NCBI GenBank assembly: GCA_965198115.1
Contig: OZ240241.1
Location: 2,816,001 to 2,880,000 of the forward strand
DNA length: 64,000 bases
Source of the DNA: Candidatus Latescibacterota bacterium
GTDB taxonomy: Bacteria > Latescibacterota > UBA2968
Direction: 5' to 3'
Positions 1-11,557 of the stretch are shown piece by piece. Every line of letters begins with the position of its first letter. Within the stretch, counting starts at the first letter, position 1. The notes under the pieces were generated by a model. It saw only the letters and a list, made by a program, of their open reading frames with translations. It searched no databases and was not told the origin of the DNA. A program made the position numbers and the translations under genes.

Positions 1-566
1 CGAACACACACTTCAATCGATCACCTACCCGGTCACACTTCGGAAATATGTTTAGGCCCCGGCGGCCGTTCTTCTTTCACGTATTCGATCTGTGGCACCT
101 CGTCGAGAAGCTGCTCGATCTGATCGCCCGTCAGCGGGGTGTACTGCCCGCCCGCATTCTGAACGACGAGTGGTCCGTCGAACGCGTCGGCCATTCGGCG
201 ATGCATATCCATGGCGATCTCTGGCGTCGACCCGACCGGCGGCATCGCAATCACGGCATCGGCTCCTGCCTTGCTCGCGGCGCCGGCGAAAACCAGCACC
301 TGGTTTACAGATACGCCCGAGCATCCGAACATCACCGGCAGTCGACCGTTCACTTCCTCCATCACCGCGTCCAGGTTGCGAATCCGCTCCTCCTCGCCCA
401 GATAGTAGAACTCGCCCACCATCACCGGCCAGACGATGCCGTGCTGCCCGGTTTCGCAAACGAAATTCGCGACGGAGCGCAGATCCTCGGTATGGATCTC
501 GAGATCCTCGCGGTAGGGCGTCGGCAACAGCCCGAAAAGGCCCTTCATGACGTCAAATCTCGCCAT
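1..566 (-). CDS. Dihydrodipicolinate synthase (DapA)-family lyase; frameshift near 35, runs off window edge
   Basis: PTPY..., GEF..L.EEER and Schiff-base YVKEE motifs; another frame continues DRVGDRLKCVF past the TGA at 33-35. Confidence 0.8.
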
Positions 567-778
567 CCGTAATCCTCAGACGAAAAACCGGGGGAACCAC
601 AAATGAACACAGATGAACACGAATGGGGGGTTACCCCTGAGAATCGAGACCCGATTCGGGAACTGGTTCGACGTAGACCACACAGTTGCCGGTTTGCCAC
701 ATCGATCTGCTGCTTCTTGCAAGTGCTCTGGGACAGCAATCGTTTGGCCAAAGGCCGTAGCCTTCGCCCGCTCGGTCT

Positions 779-1660
779 TTACCAGGTCCGTTTCTTCAAC
801 ATCTCCTGAATGGCTTCGCGCGGTACTGGCAACTCATCGATGTGATCCTCGAGCCAGCGCGAGAAATCGGCCTCGATATGGTCTTCCCATTTCCGATCGA
901 TCTCGCCCGATGTGTAGGTGCCTTCCTGCAGCCGGAGCTGCCCGAACTGGTCCCGCAAGCTCACGAGTTCGGACGTCTGTACGACCGTTTCGGCCAGATG
1001 AGGCGGAATGAACATCACACCGTCATCCTTCCCGAGGACCACGTCTCCAGGCATCACCGTCACACTACCGATCCGGGTCGGGCAATTGACTCCAACCAGC
1101 ATGATCGTTGGTGATGCAAAGCTCGGATGATAGCCACGAACGAAGCTTGCGAAGCCATCCAGCTCCTTGATCCCATCGATATCACGAACAGCGGCATCGT
1201 GGACGACGCCGTTGCCCGACTTCGCGTGGATCGACGTCGCCAGATTGTCGCCGATCACGGCGCCTCGATCGATCTTCCCGAACACATCGGCGACGTAGAC
1301 GTCTCCCGGAACGAGCATATCGATCGGCCACGAAATCTGATCGCCGATGCAGCCGGCAGCCTGGCCTTTCTCTTCCATGATCGTGCGCATCTGGGGCCGT
1401 CGCGGCATGTACATCGCCGTCAACGCACGGCCCACTAGCGTCTCTCCGGGATGCGTGCAAACGAAACCGTCCTCGTAGGCCCATTCGTATCCGTTGCCAC
1501 GCAGGACACCCCACGCCTGCGTGATCGTCACCTGACGCATCCGCTCGAGGACATCATCCGGCACACGCGGTCGGCCATCTTCGAACCGATCGCCCGTCCA
1601 TGCACCGGTGTAGTCCTCCAGTTCTTCCTTCGTCAGGTTGAGTGGGGCGAATTTCGTCAT
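779..1660 (-). CDS. RraA/HMG-aldolase family protein
   Basis: GDNLA...VRD and V.PGDVVLG.DDGV motifs. Confidence 0.85.
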   Translation of the reverse strand: MTKFAPLNLTKEELEDYTGAWTGDRFEDGRPRVPDDVLERMRQVTITQAWGVLRGNGYEWAYEDGFVCTHPGETLVGRALTAMYMPRRPQMRTIMEEKGQAAGCIGDQISWPIDMLVPGDVYVADVFGKIDRGAVIGDNLATSIHAKSGNGVVHDAAVRDIDGIKELDGFASFVRGYHPSFASPTIMLVGVNCPTRIGSVTVMPGDVVLGKDDGVMFIPPHLAETVVQTSELVSLRDQFGQLRLQEGTYTSGEIDRKWEDHIEADFSRWLEDHIDELPVPREAIQEMLKKRTW

Positions 1661-1776
1661 TGGATCGCGACCTCCCTCGACTACGCTCGGGACAGGGTCC
1701 GGTCGCTCCTACCCTATTCTTCCGTGGTGCGGCGATATCGCCTAATTCTCGATCTTCGATTCTCGATACTCGACCT

Positions 1777-2655
1777 CTAAACAGGCATTGTTCGCTTCGT
1801 GTACTCACGACCGATCGTCGCGATCTCCTCACTCGCGCCAGACATTCTCATCCCTTCGTCGATCCGTTCTTTCAAGTTCTCCGCTGAACCGCCCGATAGG
1901 AACGCAACGCCGTTCGCTTTGCACGCATTCTTGACCCGCTCTCTGGCTTCGACCATCTCGGGCGGGAGCTCGGTCGGACGGGGATAGAAACCCATCGACA
2001 TACTTAGATCGCCCGGTCCCATCTCGGCAAAGCCGATACCCGGAACACTCAAACTCTGCTCGGTGTTCGACACACCGCGGACATTTTCGATCTTGAGCCC
2101 CAGCAAGAGCTCGCCGTCCGGATTCAGTGGCCACGGATCGCACTTGCGCAAGTATTCATCGCGAGTACAGCCCCACGGCTCCATCGCCGTCGACTCCGAC
2201 CCCACCCCACGCCGGCCCTCTTCCAGGCCCTTCCCGACGCCCTGTCGATTGATTGGATATCGGCACTCCTCCACGAATGTCCTGACCGCATCGGCCGACT
2301 GGGCCATGCAAAGCAGCAGACCGTGCACTCCCCGTCCCAGAATCTGGCGGAACTGCCACGCGTTTGCCCGGATGACATCTTCGGATGTCCCGTCCACGGG
2401 TACCTCCGCGATCACCGCGGGCGTGCGGTGACCGCTGTTTGTCGGGCCACCATCGACCAGCCCTTTCATGTAATTCGCCAGGCCGGTCAAGTCGAAGCAG
2501 CCGTGCTCCATCCCGACATTGATGTAGTCTGCATACGTTTTCGCGTCCTTCTTGCCCTGCTCGTACGTCAGGACGTGGCCTGAGTGCGCGCCGGTGTAAT
2601 AGACCGGTTGATCCTGTTTCAGCAGTTCGATTGCCCGGTTAATTCGTTTTGCCAT
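1777..2655 (-). CDS. HpcH/HpaI aldolase family protein
   Basis: MEHG, KIE...GV.N and GPGDLSMSMG motifs. Confidence 0.85.
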   Translation of the reverse strand: MAKRINRAIELLKQDQPVYYTGAHSGHVLTYEQGKKDAKTYADYINVGMEHGCFDLTGLANYMKGLVDGGPTNSGHRTPAVIAEVPVDGTSEDVIRANAWQFRQILGRGVHGLLLCMAQSADAVRTFVEECRYPINRQGVGKGLEEGRRGVGSESTAMEPWGCTRDEYLRKCDPWPLNPDGELLLGLKIENVRGVSNTEQSLSVPGIGFAEMGPGDLSMSMGFYPRPTELPPEMVEARERVKNACKANGVAFLSGGSAENLKERIDEGMRMSGASEEIATIGREYTKRTMPV

Positions 2656-2791
2656 GGAGTTCTCCTATTCACGTTCCAGAGCTTCTCGATGCCCGACACT
2701 TCGACTCCCGCTCAGTGTGACGGGGTCAGTGTCGCACGCTATCTGTCATCCGTCTTCTTTCAGTGTCCTCAGTGTGCTCAGTGGCTGCCTT

Positions 2792-3772
2792 TCATCCATA
2801 AACGTCCTGGATCAGCCGACGGATGTAGCCGTTTGCGAAGGCCTTTCCGAGCTTGCCCGTATCGCCGCCCGCGAATCCCGGCGTGTGGTCCATCATGAAC
2901 GGTCCGTTGAACCCGTTATCCTTGTAGATCTGCATCGCTTTCTTCATGTCGATGTCGCCTTCGTCCATGAACACTTCTTCGAAATAGGGCAGCTGACCTC
3001 TCACGTTTCGGAAATGAACCCAGGCGATCTTGTCTCTCCCCGCCATCTCAGCGATCCAATCGTAGACCCCCTCTCCGAGCAACTCGGTCATGCACCCCTG
3101 GCAGAACAGCATCTTGTGATTGTCGCTCGGCACAGAGTCGTAGATTCGGCGCCACTGCTCGACCGACGAACAGACCTGCCACACACCACCCAGGGGCTCC
3201 GGCACCGGGGGGTCGTCCGGATGGAGGGCCATGATCACGCCCGAGCTTTCAGCCACGGGAACGACCGTCTTCAGAAACTTCTCCATCCGCTCCCACATCT
3301 CTTCTTCGGAAACTTCGGGCGAATATATCTTCGCCGGATCGCGCTCCTTCATGTAACGGTCGTAATCGAACGTGCTGTATTTTGCCCCCCCTCGCCCCGT
3401 AGCCGACTCCGTCCGGAAGTTTCCCATCGGCTTATAGTTCCAGCCCAACATGGGAATGCCGGCCTTTCCGAGCATCTCGAGAAGCTTGCACCAATCGTCC
3501 GTGCCCTTTTCCGACCCCTCGATCCCGAGCGGAATCTCCCTCGGAACGGAATAAAACAGGTTGTTCAACTTCATCCCTTTCGACTCCACTCTATCACGCG
3601 CTTTGATCAGCGGCTCGGGGTCGAACTTCCCCTCACTGATGTTCATTTCGTGACCTTCAATCGCCACGGACCCGCGCGTTTCGAGATGGATGGTGTCCAC
3701 ACCGATCGCCGCATAGAAATCGAGCCAATCGCTATCCAGATTGTCCCAGCCTACCTGATCCTGTATCAGCAT
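2792..3772 (-). CDS. uxuA: Mannonate dehydratase (UxuA)-family protein
   Basis: ALHPDDPP, FCQG, VHFRNVRG, F.DEGDIDM and DHTP motifs. Confidence 0.85.
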   Translation of the reverse strand: MLIQDQVGWDNLDSDWLDFYAAIGVDTIHLETRGSVAIEGHEMNISEGKFDPEPLIKARDRVESKGMKLNNLFYSVPREIPLGIEGSEKGTDDWCKLLEMLGKAGIPMLGWNYKPMGNFRTESATGRGGAKYSTFDYDRYMKERDPAKIYSPEVSEEEMWERMEKFLKTVVPVAESSGVIMALHPDDPPVPEPLGGVWQVCSSVEQWRRIYDSVPSDNHKMLFCQGCMTELLGEGVYDWIAEMAGRDKIAWVHFRNVRGQLPYFEEVFMDEGDIDMKKAMQIYKDNGFNGPFMMDHTPGFAGGDTGKLGKAFANGYIRRLIQDVYG

Positions 3773-3806
3773 TTATGCCTCCTCGTGGGAACACTCGCAG
3801 GGTCAC

Positions 3807-3870
3807 TTCGAGCGGAGTCGAGAAGTCCCTTTCCGAGAGACCGATGGGCTTGTTCTCGACTACGCTCGAA
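3807..3870. repeat. REP-like palindromic pair; related single units at 1674, 2699, 13195 and 15800
   Basis: TTCGAGCGGAGTCGAGAA...TTCTCGACTACGCTCGAA; shared core TCGAC-N3/4-GCTC. Confidence 0.6.
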
Positions 3871-3913
3871 CCGACGCCGCAGTTCAGAATGCGAATAACG
3901 AGTCACCGCGTGA

Positions 3914-5014
3914 CTAATAGTCTGAGACGGTCCCGTCGCGCAGCCTCGCGTTCGGCCACTGGAACTGACTCTCCGTCGTTCGGCCGAATTCGATGGCCGC
4001 CTGTTCGTTGACCTCGACACCCAGCCCCGGGCCTTCGGGCAATGACACCATGCCATCTTCATCCATCTCGTACGTCTTTGTCGCGACTTCATCCGGAACC
4101 CGCTTGGCATAGCCCTCGTGGATCAGAAACATCGGCACGGATGCGGCGACGTGCAGGCTGGCGGACGTTCCGAGATAGGTCATCGTACAGTGGGGCGCGA
4201 TCGGCACGAGGTGGGCTTCGGCGATCGCCGCAACTTTGCGCATCGACGTAATGCCACCCCCGTGACCGCAATCCGGCTGCAGGACATCGATCACCTGCGC
4301 CTCGAGGATTTCGCGGTTCTCCCAGATTGTTCGATCACGCTCTCCCGTCGCCAGCGGGACCGGAACGGATTCCCTGATCTTCTTCATCACTTCGATATTC
4401 CCGGGAACCCACGCCTCCTCGAGAAAGAGCAGATCATCGGGTTTCAGATATCCCGCGAACTGCTTGACCAGGGGAGGTGGCATACAACTGTGGGCGTCGA
4501 ACATCACCGCGCCGTCCGGGCCAACCTTTTCCCGCGCATCCCTGACGCGCTGTACGAGTTCTTCGACCTCTGCAGGCGTTCCGGCAAAGTATTGAGCTCC
4601 ACCAGGCCCGATCTTGGTCGCCTTTGGCCCCGGATACATCCAGATCTTGTCGCGGCACGGTCCGCCGAGCAGACGGTAGACGGGCACACCGTGCAGCTTG
4701 CCCGTGATATCCCAGAGGGCCATGTCGATGCCGGAAATGGTGTGCATCATCAACCCGCCGTTCCGCAAGTTACGATGGGCCCTGAACAACCGTTGCCACA
4801 GGTGCTCTGTTCGGGTCGGATTCTCGTTCATAATGAGCTGACCCAGAGACTCTGCCAACGCGCAGACGACTTTCGTCTCCATGTTGTTGATCTCGCCCCA
4901 TCCCGTGACGCCCATGTTCGTCTCGACCTTGACGTAGGCCTTCAAGCCCAGAGGAATGGCCGTAAGACCCGTCACCCGAATGTTGGTTGCCCTGTCTTCC
5001 GATTCGTTACTCAT
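3914..5014 (-). CDS. Mandelate racemase/muconate lactonizing enzyme family (galactonate dehydratase-like)
   Basis: SGIDMALWDI.GK, DAH, EE, TGER, QPD, APH and P.GPGLGVE motifs. Confidence 0.9.
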   Translation of the reverse strand: MSNESEDRATNIRVTGLTAIPLGLKAYVKVETNMGVTGWGEINNMETKVVCALAESLGQLIMNENPTRTEHLWQRLFRAHRNLRNGGLMMHTISGIDMALWDITGKLHGVPVYRLLGGPCRDKIWMYPGPKATKIGPGGAQYFAGTPAEVEELVQRVRDAREKVGPDGAVMFDAHSCMPPPLVKQFAGYLKPDDLLFLEEAWVPGNIEVMKKIRESVPVPLATGERDRTIWENREILEAQVIDVLQPDCGHGGGITSMRKVAAIAEAHLVPIAPHCTMTYLGTSASLHVAASVPMFLIHEGYAKRVPDEVATKTYEMDEDGMVSLPEGPGLGVEVNEQAAIEFGRTTESQFQWPNARLRDGTVSDY

Positions 5015-5051
5015 CCTTCCATCCTTTCGTGCCTGTTGTAGCTACGTCGCG

Positions 5052-6598
5052 TCAACCGGCCGCTTTCAAAGCGGAGACGATGGCCGTCTTGTCCGGCCTC
5101 CGCATTCTCTTCGCCGTGTCAGTTGGCGTCTTCCCCCTGAGGTTCGGATGGTTTACGTTCGCACCGTTGGAAACCAACAGCCCCACCATCGAAACCATAT
5201 CTGCACGCTTGCCGGCTTTGAAGGCGTAGAACAGGGGTGTCTCACCCTCATCACTCACGGCATTCGGGTCCGCCCCCCGGTCGAGCAGAACCTGGGTCGA
5301 TTCGAGGAACCCGGCCTTGGCCGTGTAGTGCAAGGCGGTCGCGCCACGAAGCCTCGTATCAATTTTCGCACCCCGATCGAGCAACGCCCCGACGAAAGCG
5401 GGGTTGTCGCGCTGACTGTTGTTCCCCGTGCACGAACGCCAGATCCAAGCTCCGTCGGGATAGTTCACGTCTGCACCCTTCGGCATCAACAGATCCACGA
5501 TCTCCGGTTCGAGAACCCACGCACCCGGTCCAACGCGAGTGGCGTCAGCGCCGTGGTCGAGCAGCAACCTCGTGAGCTCGCTCTGTCCTCTGTTGGCAGC
5601 TTGGCGCACAAGCGCGGTGCTGTTCTTCCCGACCCCCGCTCCCTCGTCGAACAGGAATCGAACCACGTCGAGATGGCCACCGTAAACGGCGTGATGGATT
5701 GGCATCACCTCGAGCACATCGCTCACGGGATCTTCAACTCGAACGAGGTCAGGATCCTGCTTTAACCATTCCGAAACCGTTGCGGCATCGCCCAAAAGAG
5801 ACGCCGTGAAGATGTCGTAGATGGCACCTCTGGATTTCAGCAGTTCGGTCGTCTCTCCATGCCCCTTGAGGAAGGCGGCACACAACGCCGTCACGAGTAA
5901 ACTCTGGATGTCACAGCCTTCTTTGAACGGTGCAGGCACGTTCGGATCGACCCCCGCATCCATAAGAACAGAAACCGTCTCCGACTTTCCTCTGATGGCG
6001 GCCTCGTGCAGGACTTCCGCCATTTCGAGGGTGTCATCGAGCAGATCCGGCGTGCCCTCCAACGCGTGGCGGAGCTCGTCGGCGCGATCTTGAGCTGCCA
6101 GCTTCTTAAGGGGCCTGAACGGGCGTATTCGGTTGCACCGCAGATCGTTCGGTCGAGTCGGTTCCGTCTTCTCATTCACAAAAGACAGCGCAATGGGCGT
6201 GCGACGGTGAGAACCTCCTCCACGTGATCTGCGTCGTCCAGGACGGTTCGGAGCGCCCTGTTCAGGTGACCCAACCACCGCTTCGCGGATGCTTCGGTGA
6301 TATGGATGTGTCCGTGCCGGTGTTGCAGACTGTTGTAGACGTGATGGTGCGTGTGGGCCGGTTCCCCTCCCAGCCACTCCTGGAAGAAATCCTTCTGCTT
6401 GGCGCGTTCTCCATCGAGGTGGGCAACGAACATCGGCCTGATCGCCTTATCCCCCTCGATCCCGTCGTAGAGGTAATCGACGATTCGTTCGATGACCTGG
6501 CGTCCCCCGATCCGCTCGAAAAGTGTCTGATCGGGCTTGAGCGATCTAACACGACTATCGAGTCCGCCTCGGTGTGCAACCCGATGCTCAGAGGCCAT
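5052..6598 (-). CDS. Group II truncated hemoglobin fused to ankyrin repeats; 1-nt frameshift near 6195
   Basis: ORF 6176-6598 has LFERIGG, FF.EWLGG and L..RH..I.IT....RWL; ORF 5052-6377 has ankyrin repeats (GATALHY, GETPLFYA); one extra C joins them as VARP-IALSFVNE. Confidence 0.75.
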
Positions 6599-6805
6599 TC
6601 TGTTATCCTCAATTCAGGATTCCCACAAATCGCCTCGGCTCATCCAACCCGGAGAATGAGCCGGTCGAGCAAGTTAGATACGGGATCGCTTTCGGTCCAG
6701 CTAGACACGATGGTGCAGCGCTGTGTCGGGGAACCCGGTTGCACCGCCAGAAAGCGAAAGGTATACTCCACGACACCGCACCAGAACAAACCGACGGAGA
6801 CCGAT

Positions 6806-7684
6806 GTGTCGAACCGCAGTCGACTTCCATCAGCCACGACGTTTACGATCGTTTTTCTTCTCTTCTTGGTGCCCGACCTTCCGGCGGTAGCGCAGCAAGA
6901 GGTCATCGAACACAAGGAACTCCGCTTCGCGGCTGTCGACCGTCGAGACTTGCTGCTGGACCTCTACGTGCCCGAGTCGCCACGTTGTCTGATCGTCTGG
7001 GTCCACGGGGGCCGCTGGTGGCGCGGGATCCGATCCTCCTTTCCTGAGGGACTGGTGACCCGAGGCTATGCCCTTGCCAGTGTCGATTACCGGCTTGCCA
7101 CGGAGGCAATTTTTCCCGCACAGGTCCACGACATCAAGGCTGCAATTCGATTCCTGCGTGCTCACGCGGAACGATACGGATATCCCGGTAGCCCGATCGC
7201 GATCGCCGGGGCATCGGCTGGTGGTCACCTCGCTGCACTCGTCGGCGTCACCAATGGAGACGAGGCTTACGAAGGAAGACTCGGAGACCATCTCGATCGA
7301 TCTTCCTCCGTCCAGGCCATTCTGGACCTCTTCGGGCCGACCAATCTGCTGACGATTCTGGATCAATCCAGCATTCAAGGATATAAGGTGCGGGCACCCG
7401 CCCTGGCGCTTCTGCTCGGCGGGGACCCCGGAGCTGTGCAGGATCTCGCGCGCCGGGCCAGCCCGGTCTTCCAGGTCGATTCTGGGGACCCGCCGCTTCT
7501 GATCATCCACGGCGATCAGGACATTCAGGTTCCCATCAACCAATCACACGAGCTCACTGGCGCCTACGAGGAACACGGCCTCCGAGTCCGGATGAAAGTC
7601 ATACACGGTGGTGGACACGGTGGGGTGGATAGTCCCGAATTCCTGAGTGAGATGGATGATTTTCTGTCGACCGTCGTGAACTGA
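6806..7684 (+). CDS. Secreted alpha/beta hydrolase (esterase)
   Basis: VHGG.W, GASAGG and HGDQD..VP motifs; GTG start after GGAGA RBS; signal peptide. Confidence 0.85.
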   Translation: MSNRSRLPSATTFTIVFLLFLVPDLPAVAQQEVIEHKELRFAAVDRRDLLLDLYVPESPRCLIVWVHGGRWWRGIRSSFPEGLVTRGYALASVDYRLATEAIFPAQVHDIKAAIRFLRAHAERYGYPGSPIAIAGASAGGHLAALVGVTNGDEAYEGRLGDHLDRSSSVQAILDLFGPTNLLTILDQSSIQGYKVRAPALALLLGGDPGAVQDLARRASPVFQVDSGDPPLLIIHGDQDIQVPINQSHELTGAYEEHGLRVRMKVIHGGGHGGVDSPEFLSEMDDFLSTVVN

Positions 7685-7696
7685 CTGACCGAAAGG

Positions 7697-8188
7697 ATGC
7701 GTATGGAGATTCAGAAGGACAAAGTCGTTGAAATGCACTACACACTCAAAGACGACGACGGTCAAACGCTCGAATCCTCCGAAGGCAGCGATCCCGTCAT
7801 TTACCTTCAGGGCGCGGGCAACATCATCGATGGCCTCGAGGCGGCGCTCATCGGCAGACAGACAGGTGACAAGGTCGACGTCAGCGTCGAGCCAAGCGAT
7901 GGATACGGCGAGCGGGATGAGTCACTCGTTCAGAAGGTCGATCGGAGCAACTTCGAGGGCATCGATGAGCTGGAAGTGGGCATGCGATTCGAGGCCGAGA
8001 CGGACGACGGAACAGTGCCCGTTCGCATCACGGCAATCGACGATGATACCGTGACCGTCGACGGCAATCACGAGCTAGCTGGCGTGCGGCTGCGCTTCTC
8101 AGTCAGTATCGAAAGTGTGCGCGAGGCCACGCCCGAGGAAATCGAGCACGGTCACGCACACGGGCCGGGTGGACACCACCATCATTGA
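7697..8188 (+). CDS. slyD: FKBP-type peptidyl-prolyl isomerase SlyD
   Basis: VDGNHELAG, REATPEEIEHGH and His-rich tail. Confidence 0.93.
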   Translation: MRMEIQKDKVVEMHYTLKDDDGQTLESSEGSDPVIYLQGAGNIIDGLEAALIGRQTGDKVDVSVEPSDGYGERDESLVQKVDRSNFEGIDELEVGMRFEAETDDGTVPVRITAIDDDTVTVDGNHELAGVRLRFSVSIESVREATPEEIEHGHAHGPGGHHHH

Positions 8189-8943
8189 AAACACTGCGCC
8201 ACCGAGACACACTGAGCACTCAGAGGAAAACAACTGATCGTGGCGAGTCTCGAAGCCCGAGTAGGATGGTCAAACACGGATCCCTACCCAGACGACTCGA
8301 CCAGAAAATGCTCCTGCGGGGTGTTCACGACCTGTGTAGGATCGATCCAGATCTCGCTGAAGTCGTCCGACGACACGGACCGCCACCCCTGTGGGGACGC
8401 CAACCGGGTTTCGCCACACTGTTGCGCATCATTCTCGAACAGCAGGTGTCCCTCGCGTCCGGACGGGCGGTCTATCGCCGGATCGAAGGCGAAATCGGAC
8501 GTATCAATGTCCAGACCGTATTGGGCGCCGGGACTCGGGGGCTCCGTGCACTCGGTGTGACGCGCCAGAAGGCGAGTTGTTGGATCGAGGTCGCGAGAGC
8601 TGCCGACGATGGTCGCCTGAATCTGCGTCGGCTCGGCCAATCAGATGACGAACAGGCGCGTGCAGAACTGATGGACATTAAAGGCATCGGCCCCTGGACA
8701 GCGAACGTCTATCTCCTGATGGCCCTTCGGCGGCCCGACATCTGGCCGCCCGGTGACGTCGCCCTCCTGACCGCTTTGCAACATCTCCGAAAGTCGAAAG
8801 CACGTCCGTCGAACGAGGAGGCACTGGTCGAGGCGGAAAGTTGGCGTCCGTGGCGGGCGGTTGCCGCACGCATCCTCTGGCACGGCTATCTCTCCGGCAG
8901 CCTGACGAACACCTCACGCCGAACGCAAAAACCAGGGCAATGA
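8185..8943 (+). CDS. alkA: DNA-3-methyladenine glycosylase II (HhH-GPD); true start may be ATG near 8266
   Basis: ILEQQVS, IKGIGPWTA, D..P.GD and WRPWR motifs. Confidence 0.88.
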   Translation: MKTLRHRDTLSTQRKTTDRGESRSPSRMVKHGSLPRRLDQKMLLRGVHDLCRIDPDLAEVVRRHGPPPLWGRQPGFATLLRIILEQQVSLASGRAVYRRIEGEIGRINVQTVLGAGTRGLRALGVTRQKASCWIEVARAADDGRLNLRRLGQSDDEQARAELMDIKGIGPWTANVYLLMALRRPDIWPPGDVALLTALQHLRKSKARPSNEEALVEAESWRPWRAVAARILWHGYLSGSLTNTSRRTQKPGQ

Positions 8944-11335
8944 AACGCGAGCTCGCTGCGACATCCCTGGCCGTCCTCCTCACCTCCACGATCTGCGGAG
9001 CCAGCAACTGGGCTAGCTCGGGCGGACCCAACGGCGATTTCACCGTTCACGACGCGGGCACGCTCAGCCCCGATCGATCATACGATCTGAGAGTCGTGTG
9101 GCGAAAACCTCTCGGGTCAGGTTATTCCGCCATCTCCGTCGTCGATGATCTGGCCGTCACTGCCTATTCCGACGGCGAACTGGACTACGTCGTCGCCTTC
9201 GACTCCGAAACTGGGGATACCCGATGGCGTCACACGATCGGCCCCGCCTATCTCGGCCACTACGGATCGCAGAACGGTCCTCTCTCAACGCCTCTATTGA
9301 CAGCCGGTCGCGTCGTCGCCCTTGGCCCGCGTGGTCGGCTGTTCGCCCTCCACCTCCAAACGGGTGAACCGATCTGGGAAGTCGATCTCGTCGCGTCCCA
9401 CGGCGCGATTTCGCCTTTCTGGGGCTTCACCAGTTCCCCACGACTTCACCTCGATCGGATCCTCGTCCAGACGGGTGGCCAGAATGAAGAGGCGATCGCC
9501 GCGTTCGATCTTGCCTCCGGCCGCCATCTGTGGTCCACACTGAGTGACTCGGTCGGTTATCAGTCCCCCGCGATCGATCGACTCGGTGACCGGGACCAGG
9601 TTCTCTTCCACGGAAACGGGATCCTCAGCGGCCTGGATCCTACGTCGGGCGAAGTCCTCTGGTCATTCAATCACGGCGGCCAAACCGGTGCCGGAGCCAC
9701 GAGCGGTCATCCCATCCGAACGGGTGACGGACGCTATTTCATCAAGAACGGGCCTGGCGGCGTCACCGTCGACGTCCTGCCGGCCGAAGCCGGTTCGTAT
9801 TCTGTCGAGGAGGTCTGGCGGTCGACACACATCCGAAGCACCTACATCTACCCCATCCATCACGCCGGCCTTCTCTATGGATACAATCGCCGCATCCTGA
9901 CGGCGGTCGACGCAAATACGGGTGAGCGCGTGTGGCGCTCGCGTGAGCCCGGCGATGGGCTACCCCTCGTCCTGGATGGTCACCTGGTCGTCCTCACCAA
10001 GGAGGGTCGACTCTCGATCGCCCCTGCGAACGACCAGGGTTATAGCGAAAGCGCGAGTCTGCAACTCTTCGAGGATATCGTGTGGACACCGGCCAGCTTC
10101 GCGAACGGCAAACTCTACGCGCGCAGTATGGGCGAGATCGCGTGCGTCGAGATCGTCCCACACACTTCCTCGGTCGTTCAGGCGTCAGCCATCGATGGCA
10201 TCGTGCCCGGTAGCCGTTTCGCCGAGTTCATCGCCGAACTGGAAGCTGATCCCGAAAAGATGGTCCGCACGGACCGATTCCTTGGTGCGCAGGAGACCTT
10301 CCCCATCATCGAGGGAGACAGCCTCGCCCATTTCGTCTACCGGGGCCCCGGCGATGTCGTCACGATGACCGGGGATCACGTGGGTCGACGAATCGAAAAA
10401 CCCCTACATCGCGTGCCCGGCACTGACTTGCACCACTACTCGATTCATCTCGAGCCAGACGCGCGCATCACCTATCACTTCACGCGGAACCTGACAGAGA
10501 CGTTCACCGACCCACTCAATCCACGCCCTGACTTCCGGTCCTCGTTCTATGGCCGGGCTTCATGGTTCGCCATGCCTAAGTGGCACTCACCCGAACACCT
10601 CGTCGCGCGTTCCGACGGTATTCACGGACGCATCGACACCGTCCAGCTCTTTTCGCGACAGATGACACCGTGTCGATCGGCGTCTACCTGCCGCCCGGAT
10701 ACGATCGGGGCAACGACCGTTACCCCGCCGCCTACGTACACGGTTCTCGAAGACCGCTCAGGTCGGGGATGCTCGATGTTTCGCTCGACAATCTCATCGG
10801 CGGTCGAGTTCGCCCCCTCATCGTCGTCTTCCTACCCTCGCTCATCGGTCGAGGCTATCAGCAGTATGTCGGTACGCACCGCGACGACTACAGGGACCGC
10901 TTCGTCGATCGCGTTGTCCCTTTTATCGACGGGACCTACCGAACGTCGACCCACCGCCGGGATCGGGCAAACGTAGGATCGACTTACGGCGGGTTCGCCG
11001 CCTTCTACGCCACCTTCTCACGCCCTAACCTGTTTGGGGGTTTGGCGATTCAGACGATGGTTTGGGACCAGGAGGTGGACGCGGCGCACACCTCACTCAT
11101 TCCACACGACTCATCAATGCCGTCGCTGCAGATCTATCTGGATTGGGGGAAATACGACCTGCGAAGTCCTGCCGAAGGCAACGACCTCGGGAAGTCGAGT
11201 ACCATTTTCGCACGTCGCTTGATGGAAAGGGGTTACGAATTCGTCGGAGGGATGGTCAACGACGGATCGGGCTGGGCAAGCTGGCGCAACAGGACGGATC
11301 GTGTATTCGAGACGCTCTTTCCGTTGAACGATTGA
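8940..11335 (+). CDS. Secreted PQQ-type beta-propeller fused to Fes-like esterase; frameshift near 10655
   Basis: Propeller repeats, DPLNP motif, then VYLPPGY and G.T.GG in ORF 10580-11335. Confidence 0.72.
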
Positions 11336-11557
11336 CCATAGAGTCCCCTCCTCGGAGGGGACGACAGGGGTGGGTCTACCCCCGGGAGGGAACGACAGAG
11401 GTGGGTCCGCCCGCAAAACCACGAAGCGCAAAGGCGGGCTTGCTCGCTCGACACGGTTCGAAATGTCCAGGCCAATCTGGCTATAGAAAGGGCTAACGGA
11501 AGCCATCCTGCGGGTCTATACTTCGAAACACAAAATACGATCAGACAGGGGTCGGCC

